A stretch of 24,000 bases of DNA from Methanococci archaeon (GCA_013153845.1 JAADDS010000013.1:1-24000); one strand, 5' to 3'; shown: positions 1-7,150, numbered from the stretch's first letter. Notes: generated by a model not told the origin, from the letters alone. Numbers and translations: made by a program.

Positions 1-57
1 ACTTGAGATCCCATGGGGCTTTGCCCCGCCTGGGTTCAAATCCCAGCCCCTGCGCCA
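1..57 (+). tRNA. tRNA-Ser(UGA), 5' part cut off by the window edge
   Basis: GC-rich island in AT-rich DNA. Anticodon loop C-T-TGA-G-A at 2-8, with a1 pairing t9. Long variable-arm hairpin GGGGC-TTT-GCCCC (15-27), typical of class II tRNAs. T arm CTGGG-TTCAAAT-CCCAG (30-46). Acceptor 3' strand 47-53, discriminator G54, encoded CCA 55-57. Confidence 0.85.
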
Positions 58-457
58 TACCTATTTTATCACAAAGAAGGTTAATTTGTTGCTCTTTTAG
101 GATTACACGATCTGTTGGATACATCCAACTGCTTTATAAAACCAACAGATTTTAAAGCTATTGGACTTAATAGATTTATTAATTATTTTAAATGGTCAAA
201 TTTATATAATAAAATAGTTTCATTAATTTTTATCTATAAGTTTAATATGAAACCTTTTAGCTGTTCTGTCAAAAATAAGATTTAATCATAACATTTGGAT
301 GTATACATAAATCAAATATAGAATAAGATTCATATGTGGATCATAGATATAGTGTAAATTAAGGGTTATGACAAATACATTTAACATAATAATATAACTA
401 CTCAAGAATAACTTATTTTAATAAATTATATTGATAATGCTTGTTTTGGTGAGGTTT

Positions 458-1333
458 ATGAGGGTTCTTCCTTTGGCATCTGAAAGTTTGGGAGTTAGAT
501 CGCTGGCAACTTATGTAAAAACCAAAGATGTCGGAATTTTAATAGATCCGGGAGTTGCAATAGCTCCGGATAGGTATGGATTAAAACCCACTGATTTAGA
601 ATTTAAAAAATTAAAAGAAATGAGGAAAAAAATAAACGAATATGCAAAAAAAGCAGATGTGATAACTATATCTCATTACCACTATGATCACTATACGCCT
701 TTTTTGGATGATATTTATTTAGATTCAAAGGATTATGCTAAGGAGTTATATAAGGACAAAATATTATTAATAAAGCATCCTACTGATCATATAAACAAGA
801 GTCAGATGCAAAGGGCAAGGAAATTTTTAGAATGTGTTAAAGATATTGCAAAAAGGATTGAATTTGCAGATAACAGGACATTTAAATTTGGTAATACAGA
901 AATAAAGTTTTCTCCTCCGTTTCCACATGGAAAGGATGATAAACTTGGATATGTGTTAATAACAACAGTTAAAGAAGGAAATTTTAAATTTATGCACACT
1001 TCCGACACTCAGGGGATAGTTTTTGATGAGATAAGAGATTACATAATAAAAGAAAAACCGAATTTAATAATTATAGGGGGCCCTCCAACATATTTAATGT
1101 ATAGATATGGAAAGAAAAATTTAGAAAAGACAAACGAAAACTTAAAATCCATAGTTGAAAATACAGGAGCTGAGATCATACTTGATCATCATTTATTAAG
1201 GGACAAAAAGTATAGGGAGAAGATAAATATAAAATTTAAAACGATAGCTGAATTTTTAGGAGAAAAAAACATTTTGTTGGAAGCATATCGAAAAGAACTC
1301 TCTCAGGGAAAGAAACTTGAAGATCTATTCTGA
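458..1333 (+). CDS. UPF0282-family metallo-beta-lactamase-fold protein (conserved archaeal hypothetical)
   Basis: N-terminus MRVLPLASESLGVRSLA and the HxHxDH motif (SHYHYDHY). ATG at 458 is preferred over the TTG at 431 because homolog-like sequence begins there. Confidence 0.7.
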   Translation: MRVLPLASESLGVRSLATYVKTKDVGILIDPGVAIAPDRYGLKPTDLEFKKLKEMRKKINEYAKKADVITISHYHYDHYTPFLDDIYLDSKDYAKELYKDKILLIKHPTDHINKSQMQRARKFLECVKDIAKRIEFADNRTFKFGNTEIKFSPPFPHGKDDKLGYVLITTVKEGNFKFMHTSDTQGIVFDEIRDYIIKEKPNLIIIGGPPTYLMYRYGKKNLEKTNENLKSIVENTGAEIILDHHLLRDKKYREKINIKFKTIAEFLGEKNILLEAYRKELSQGKKLEDLF

Positions 1334-1389
1334 TAAAATTTATAGTTATTTCTATAACTTATTCATTATTTTATAATTCATTAATTCAT

Positions 1390-1456
1390 TTTATCTTTCA
1401 ACACACTCTTCAACAAAATACTTATAAACCTTGTATCCATCTTCAGAAAGTTCTGG
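1390..1456. repeat. 67-bp direct repeat, left copy (att-like): orphan duplicate of the pdxT 3' end
   Basis: Identical base for base to 5050-5116 by direct comparison. On the minus strand it encodes [21 protein letters not shown]-stop with no gene body upstream of it. Confidence 0.95.
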
Positions 1457-1632
1457 TTAAACAATATATTTGTATGTTTTTTACTCTTAATCTATTCATA
1501 TATATTTTTGAATATACAAGCATAACTATTTAGCATCTTGATTTAGCATATTATTATGAATATTATACAGTATATACTATTATATGTTTATACTTAACTT
1601 TATATATTCGCACGCAAATTATATATACTTTA

Positions 1633-1648
1633 TACACAAATTTGTGTA
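1633..1648. promoter_or_regulatory. Perfect 16-bp palindrome TACACAAATTTGTGTA, candidate operator for the adjacent RHH protein
   Basis: Self-complementary by inspection. It lies between a TATA-like CTTTATAC (1628-1635) and the GGTG ribosome-binding site (1663-1666) of the RHH gene. Confidence 0.5.
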
Positions 1649-1672
1649 ATATATAAGTTATAGGTGTTATTC

Positions 1673-1885
1673 ATGAGAACAAATAAAGGAGAAGTAAAAC
1701 GAATACAGGTAACATTTACAAAAGAACAGTGGGAACTGATAGAGAAACTAAAAGGAGAATTGGGATTATCTGACTCTGAAGTCGTTAGAAATATTGTGTT
1801 AAATTGGTTAATTGAAAAATCGTTTATTTCAACGGCTTTAAAAAACAGATTATTTAGAGGAGATGATAATGGCAAAAAACATTAG
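1673..1885 (+). CDS. Ribbon-helix-helix (CopG/Arc-like) DNA-binding protein, putative controller of the cassette
   Basis: N-terminal beta-strand KRIQVTFT followed by two helices (KEQWELIEKLKGE, SDSEVVRNIVLNWL). GGTG sits 6 nt upstream of the ATG at 1673. The 3' end overlaps the methyltransferase start by 23 nt. Confidence 0.65.
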   Translation: MRTNKGEVKRIQVTFTKEQWELIEKLKGELGLSDSEVVRNIVLNWLIEKSFISTALKNRLFRGDDNGKKH

Positions 1886-3980
1886 AGAATATAAATATAT
1901 AGAAAAGAAATTTCCTATTGCAGAAATAAATAGAATATGTGTTTCTGAGAGAATTGCGTTAAAGCCAATATATATGATGCACAGGATATTTGCAAGAAGA
2001 ATCGGCTCCGTTTTCAGGACAATCATATTAGGGGCTTTAAAAGATGATTCTGTGAATATAATGGAAGAATTTTACAAATCACATAGAACTGACCCTGATA
2101 CAAATGATATAACAATATTAGACCCAATGTGTGGCGGTGGAACTACTCTTATTGAAGGATCACGATTAGGAGCCAAAGTTATTGGCTTTGAAATAAATCC
2201 AATACCTTGGTTTATTACAAAGTGTGAAATGAGTATTGTAGATGTAGATAAATTGATAGAAACATACAAAAACCTTGAAATCACTATTGGAAGGAAGATA
2301 AAGGAAATGTATAAAACAAAATGCCCACATTGTGGAGAAGAGGGGGAAATAATATACGTTTTTTGGATAAAAAAGGTTAAATGTCCAAATTGTAATAAAG
2401 AGATTCAGTTATTTAAGGACTATATTATAACTTATGACAAAAAAGAAGAAAACTTTTATCTTGTATGTCCTAATTGTTTAGATGTTTTTCATACAACTTC
2501 TTTGAAAGAAGAAACCACTTGCCCCACCTGTGGAAATGTGTTTAATCCAAAAAATGGAGTGGTTGTTAAAAATAACATAACCTGCCCCTATTGTAGCCAT
2601 AAATTCCGACTAATTGATGTATTAAAACAACAAGATGAGCCATTAGATGCGATTCCTTATGCTATTGATGGATTTTGCCACAATTGTGAAAGAAGGTTCA
2701 TTAAAAAATTTGATGAAAATGATTGGAAAATTCTCAAAAAAGTTGAAGAGGTCTTTGAAGAGAATAAATCAAAGTTGTTATTTCCAAGAGATGAAATTCC
2801 AGATGGCTATAATACAAATCAGATGAAAAAGCATAATTATAAATATTGGTATCAGATGTTCAACAAAAGACAACTACTTGCTTTATCACTACTTTTAGAA
2901 GAAATTAAAAAAATTGAACCAAAAGAGGTAAGAGATATATTCCTATTAACATTTTCAGAGACGTTGAGGGCAAATAACATGTTCTGCTATTACGATAAGA
3001 GATGGGCTAAACAGATCACTCCCTTATTTTCAAGAAAGGACTTTGCACCGGTTAATTTTCCTTTAGAGCAGAATGTCTGGGGAGGGAAATATGGCAGAGG
3101 ATCATTTAGACAAGTTTTTGAAAGAGTTCTAAAGGGAAAAGAATTTAATTTAAAACCTTATGAGCGACTATACACCAAAAAAGGCACAAAACGAATATAT
3201 TTGGATGAAAAAATCGGGGAAAAGGAATGGGCTGTGTATTGTATGGATGCCCAAAATTTAGATAAAATCGTAAAAGATAAGGTTGATTTAGTAATCACTG
3301 ATCCCCCATACTTTGATAGCATAAATTACTCTGAGGTATATGAATTCTTCTATGTGTGGTTGAAATTGGCTTTGGATTATGAATGCTTTAAAAATTCATC
3401 GGCAATAAATCAAAATGAAGCAATTGTAAATGAAATTCAAAATAAAGATAAAGAGCATTTCAAAAAAATATTAACCAACATATTTAGAAAGTCAGCAGAT
3501 GTGTTGAAAGATAATGGCATGTTTATATTTACATTCCATGATTTTAGTAAAGAGGCATGGGTTGATATGTTAGAAATTGTAAAAAATGCAGATCTATCTG
3601 TCAAAAAAATACACTTCTATCATGGAGAAAATGTTAGTGCTGGACATTTTGGAGGACAAAAAAGTGTATTTGATGGAATTTGGGTGTGTAAAAAAGAGGA
3701 AATGGAAAAGGTGTCAATATCCGTTGAAGAAAGTATAGATCTTGTTTGGAAGGAAATTAATCACCTAATAGATGAGATAAAAAAGGGTAAATACTTTAAG
3801 TTAGATGAAAATGATATAAAAATATTTGTGTATGGAAAATGTGTTGAGATTTATGAAAAATACAATTTAGGTATTTCCCTTAATGAATTTATTGATATTG
3901 CATTAAATAAAAAAGCAATTGAAAATGCATTAAATAATGTTAAAAAACCAAAGAAAGTTCTTATTACCGATTTTATTTAA
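1863..3980 (+). CDS. DNA methyltransferase (N6-adenine or N4-cytosine class), DUF1156/COG1743-like with Zn-ribbon inserts
   Basis: SAM motif I DPMCGGGTT (nt 2118-2147) followed by GFEINP. Catalytic motif IV DPPY (nt 3300-3311). N-terminal FPI..IN....ER...HRIFARR resembles DUF1156. Three CxxC...CxxC pairs span nt 2322-2687. The start may instead be the ATG at 1869, which is better spaced from GAGGAG. Confidence 0.85.
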   Translation: MIMAKNIREYKYIEKKFPIAEINRICVSERIALKPIYMMHRIFARRIGSVFRTIILGALKDDSVNIMEEFYKSHRTDPDTNDITILDPMCGGGTTLIEGSRLGAKVIGFEINPIPWFITKCEMSIVDVDKLIETYKNLEITIGRKIKEMYKTKCPHCGEEGEIIYVFWIKKVKCPNCNKEIQLFKDYIITYDKKEENFYLVCPNCLDVFHTTSLKEETTCPTCGNVFNPKNGVVVKNNITCPYCSHKFRLIDVLKQQDEPLDAIPYAIDGFCHNCERRFIKKFDENDWKILKKVEEVFEENKSKLLFPRDEIPDGYNTNQMKKHNYKYWYQMFNKRQLLALSLLLEEIKKIEPKEVRDIFLLTFSETLRANNMFCYYDKRWAKQITPLFSRKDFAPVNFPLEQNVWGGKYGRGSFRQVFERVLKGKEFNLKPYERLYTKKGTKRIYLDEKIGEKEWAVYCMDAQNLDKIVKDKVDLVITDPPYFDSINYSEVYEFFYVWLKLALDYECFKNSSAINQNEAIVNEIQNKDKEHFKKILTNIFRKSADVLKDNGMFIFTFHDFSKEAWVDMLEIVKNADLSVKKIHFYHGENVSAGHFGGQKSVFDGIWVCKKEEMEKVSISVEESIDLVWKEINHLIDEIKKGKYFKLDENDIKIFVYGKCVEIYEKYNLGISLNEFIDIALNKKAIENALNNVKKPKKVLITDFI

Positions 3981-5023
3981 AAAATATTTTTATTATCTAT
4001 TGTATATTGAAGACCTTTATTTTTTGATGTTATTGCGAGAGATATTGGCTTTTGTTTTATTGCTTCATCATAATATTTTTTCCTGGTTTCATTAATTTTT
4101 TTATCAAAGATAACTACTTCAAGTTTATCTTTTAAAACATTCCACTTATTAACATTAAAATTCCAATTATATCTGTTTGCAAGATGTTCTAAATAATTAG
4201 AAAGTTCATTGCCCACAGTTTTATCTAAATAATACTCATTTCCATATTTTTTAATATCCACCAACTCGCCTTTTTTATTCGATAACGTTATCTTACCTTT
4301 TCTATCCTTGTTTTGTGTAGTCCATAGTTTGTTTAACTCATCTAAAAAATCTTTTATTAGTTCTGTTAAGTCCTTTATAGATGTAGGATAATTTAATAGT
4401 ATTTCAAGTGGATGGTTTGAATCGTTATTTGTTAGATATTTCAACCAATCGAGACAATTTTCAGGATAATTAAATAAGTTTTTGAAAACACCGTCAATAA
4501 ATATTGAAGGGATTAATGCATCTTTTGGGCTAAAATTAAAAAATTTTTTGTTTGAATATAAAGAATAAACAAGAGATACAAGTAAATGGAACGTCCCAAA
4601 TGGATATTTTCTTTTAAATTTTTCAGGTTTGTTTGCACACATGCCTCTCCAATTATTTGGATTTATCATTTCATTTTGGATTGAGGTTATTAATTCTGGC
4701 GGATTATTCGAATCCCACAATAATATATGATGACCAATTGATTTTATTCCCTCTCTTAAAATTTCTACATCAATGAAGGCATATTTTTCTTTATTATTTT
4801 TGAAATCAATTGATTCCAAAGTAGTAAGAACTTTGCCATCATAAAATCCAACAACTTCCCATCCATAAACCTCATTTAAAAATAATGCGGAAATAAATCC
4901 ATCGGTATCTGGACTTATAATAATTCCTTTTATTTCATCTTTTTTATTATATAACCAAGAATAGCAATTACCTTTTTTGATATTTTCTACAACTTCTTTT
5001 ATTGAGTTGTAATTATGTAGCAT
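3977..5023 (-). CDS. Hypothetical 348-aa protein, candidate nuclease or effector partner of the methyltransferase
   Basis: Long ORF with an AGGTGG ribosome-binding site 7 nt upstream of the ATG. It is convergent with the methyltransferase, and the two stop codons overlap in TTAA (3977-3980). The N-terminus has DHH-like motifs (SPDTDGFISALFL, FIDVE, GHH). I recognise no family with confidence. Confidence 0.6.
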   Translation of the reverse strand: MLHNYNSIKEVVENIKKGNCYSWLYNKKDEIKGIIISPDTDGFISALFLNEVYGWEVVGFYDGKVLTTLESIDFKNNKEKYAFIDVEILREGIKSIGHHILLWDSNNPPELITSIQNEMINPNNWRGMCANKPEKFKRKYPFGTFHLLVSLVYSLYSNKKFFNFSPKDALIPSIFIDGVFKNLFNYPENCLDWLKYLTNNDSNHPLEILLNYPTSIKDLTELIKDFLDELNKLWTTQNKDRKGKITLSNKKGELVDIKKYGNEYYLDKTVGNELSNYLEHLANRYNWNFNVNKWNVLKDKLEVVIFDKKINETRKKYYDEAIKQKPISLAITSKNKGLQYTIDNKNIF

Positions 5024-5049
5024 AAATCTTCCACCTATTTCTATAATTA

Positions 5050-5116
5050 TTTATCTTTCAACACACTCTTCAACAAAATACTTATAAACCTTGTATCCAT
5101 CTTCAGAAAGTTCTGG
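5050..5116. repeat. 67-bp direct repeat, right copy (att-like), forming the functional 3' end of pdxT
   Basis: Identical to 1390-1456 and contiguous with the rest of the pdxT reading frame. Confidence 0.95.
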
Positions 5117-5611
5117 ATGGAATGATAGAGCCATGTATTTTCCTTGTTTAACACCAACAATTTTATCTCCATCTCTTGCTATAATTTCAACATCATCACT
5201 CAAAATCTTATCGACCACTGGGGCTCTTATAAATACTCCGTAAATTTTTCCAAGGCCTTTAAATTCAATTTCTTTTTCAAAGCTATCTACCTGCCTTCCA
5301 TAGGCATTTCTTTTAACTGTGAAATCCATCAATTCAAGTAAGATTTGATCAATGCCCGTTCCTTTTGATAATAAAACCATTCCTGCACAAGTTCCCAATA
5401 TTGGAATATCAAGTTTTCTTATTTTTTCTATGAAATTGTATTTTTTCATTAACTTTCCGATTGTTGTGCTCTCTCCTCCCGGAATTATAAGAGCATTTAT
5501 GCCTTCTAAATCTTCTGGTCTTTTTACTCTTTTTGGAATATATCCTGCCTTTTTTAGTGTCTCTTCATGTTCTTCTATATCTCCCTGGATAGATAAAACC
5601 CCAACAATCAT
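5051..5611 (-). CDS. pdxT: Pyridoxal 5'-phosphate synthase glutaminase subunit PdxT
   Basis: [16 protein letters not shown]-terminus, catalytic Cys in GTCAGM, and C-terminal FHPE triad motif. The 186-aa length is typical of the SNO/PdxT family. Confidence 0.9.
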   Translation of the reverse strand: MIVGVLSIQGDIEEHEETLKKAGYIPKRVKRPEDLEGINALIIPGGESTTIGKLMKKYNFIEKIRKLDIPILGTCAGMVLLSKGTGIDQILLELMDFTVKRNAYGRQVDSFEKEIEFKGLGKIYGVFIRAPVVDKILSDDVEIIARDGDKIVGVKQGKYMALSFHPELSEDGYKVYKYFVEECVER

Positions 5612-5664
5612 TTTAATCCCTCATACATGCTTTTTTTATATTTTTATTTAATTTTTAATTTAAT

Positions 5665-6513
5665 TTAGATTATTTTAGCCCCGCAATTATTGGGTTTTGT
5701 TTTTATTACCTTTCCATATTTATTTAAGGTAGACATCACTTTTTCCACGTGATCATCTTCCACAATAGCAATGTAAGAAGGTCCGGTTCCAGATAAACCA
5801 GCAGTTAAAGCTCCCGATTTTAGTGCATCTATTGCAATATTTGTCGGAAAGTTAAGGGCTGAGGCGTAGAGTATACCATTTAAAAATAATGCTTTAAAAT
5901 AATTTCCTTTTAATGCCTCATTGTATGCCACGTCTACAAATTTCCCAATTGCTTTCATACTTTCAACATCGAGATTTTTTTCTAATTTTGGGATTAGCAC
6001 TAAAACATTAAGATTTTCATCCATATTATCTTTTTTTATAATTTCTCTTTTTATATTGTCGGTTATAGTTATTCCACCAAAATATGAGGCAGTAGCATCA
6101 TCGTAAGCTCCCGTAATGGTTAATCCTTCATCAAAACTTGATTTTATTCCAAGTTCTATTATTAACTCATCATCTATCTTTTCATTTAAAGCATCAAAGG
6201 TTGCTAAAACCACTGCGTTGGATGTCGCTGAACTACTACTTAATCCTGATCTTATGGGAATTTCTGTTTTTGTTTCAACATAAGCAGAATAATCTAAATT
6301 AAAATATTCAAGTGTATTCTTAACACATCGGATTATAAGATTCGGTTTTATGTTGGGATTATCTAACACTTTTCCCTCTATTTTTCCTTTTCCATCGTCT
6401 ATAAGCTTTACTTTTGCATAAACTTTCAAATCCAGACCAAAAGCAGATCCTTTTCCCATAGCTATCGCGTTTATTATAGTTCCAGATGCCAAAGCATATG
6501 CACTACCCTCCAT
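5665..6513 (-). CDS. aroK: Archaeal shikimate kinase (GHMP-kinase family)
   Basis: MEGSAYALASGTIINAIAMGKG start and the GHMP motif SGLSSSSA. ATG at 6513 is preferred to GTG at 6522 by comparison with my recollection of the Methanocaldococcus enzyme's N-terminus. Confidence 0.8.
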   Translation of the reverse strand: MEGSAYALASGTIINAIAMGKGSAFGLDLKVYAKVKLIDDGKGKIEGKVLDNPNIKPNLIIRCVKNTLEYFNLDYSAYVETKTEIPIRSGLSSSSATSNAVVLATFDALNEKIDDELIIELGIKSSFDEGLTITGAYDDATASYFGGITITDNIKREIIKKDNMDENLNVLVLIPKLEKNLDVESMKAIGKFVDVAYNEALKGNYFKALFLNGILYASALNFPTNIAIDALKSGALTAGLSGTGPSYIAIVEDDHVEKVMSTLNKYGKVIKTKPNNCGAKII

Positions 6514-6571
6514 ATAAATCACACTTTTATTTTTTAGTGTCTTGGATTTTTCTTATTCCCTATTTACTTGT

Positions 6572-7150
6572 TTAGTTGTTAGTCCAATTCCATAATCCTA
6601 CTCTATTCTCTTTTGCCTTTCTTTCAATATTTAAAAACTCATGTTCCAATTCAAACCTACTAACATAAACTCTTGCATATCCATACTTTAATAACTCTTC
6701 ATTAAAGTTTTCTAACTTTCCGCTATCGTTTATATAGATATACGCTAAATACCTTCCATATTTGTCTTTTTTTGGAGCTTCGTCATCAAAAACTATTATT
6801 ACTTCCTTATGATCTAACTCTCTCTTTGCAAAGTTTTTGGCTTTTTCTCCCCAATATTTTAGATAATTTATATCGGTTATTGGCGTTCCGTTTAGCAGAT
6901 AATACTCATCAGGATTGTTTTTCTTGTATGTCTCAGGGGTATCAACTCCCAGCAACCTAATCTTCCATAAATGACCATTAACTTCCACATAAATAGTATC
7001 CCCATCTACAACTTTAACAACCTTTCCATAGTAGTGTTCATGAGTATCAATAAATGGAGAAGAAACCATGTTGTTGTGTTGCTCAAAACATCCGCAAAAT
7101 AGCAAGTTAATTGAAATTATTAAAATTATGGGAATTATTTTTATCTTCAT
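6572..7150 (-). CDS. Secreted or membrane-anchored thermonuclease (staphylococcal nuclease-like)
   Basis: N-terminal hydrophobic signal ending in CGC. SNase signature VVKVVDGDTIYV...IRLLGVDTPE. Confidence 0.8.
   Translation of the reverse strand: MKIKIIPIILIISINLLFCGCFEQHNNMVSSPFIDTHEHYYGKVVKVVDGDTIYVEVNGHLWKIRLLGVDTPETYKKNNPDEYYLLNGTPITDINYLKYWGEKAKNFAKRELDHKEVIIVFDDEAPKKDKYGRYLAYIYINDSGKLENFNEELLKYGYARVYVSRFELEHEFLNIERKAKENRVGLWNWTNN

Larger units (their letters stand above)
1390..5116. mobile_element. Putative integrated mini-element or genomic islet (3.66 kb per repeat unit) inserted at the 3' end of pdxT, with no recognisable recombinase
   Basis: Perfect 67-bp direct repeats at both ends. 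One repeat rebuilds the pdxT 3' end. The cargo is a methyltransferase module unrelated to the flanking housekeeping genes. Confidence 0.65.

Noticed and set aside
2-9. Alternative reading of the tRNA anticodon loop as TTGAGAT, giving tRNA-Leu(GAG).
   Set aside because: That register puts c2 opposite c10 and a1 opposite c11, so the anticodon stem has no closing pair. The Ser register gives an a1-t9 pair. Discriminator G54 also fits Ser rather than Leu, which usually has A.
1630-1875. 81-aa ORF antisense to the RHH gene inside the cassette (possible antisense toxin or regulator).
   Set aside because: It exactly shadows the RHH ORF, has a low-complexity translation, and has no RBS or promoter-like sequence at its 5' end (1875-1900 lies inside the methyltransferase CDS).
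5352-5651. 99-aa plus-strand ORF overlapping pdxT and extending into the pdxT-aroK spacer.
   Set aside because: It is almost entirely antisense to the well-supported pdxT, and its hydrophobic translation is typical of a shadow frame.
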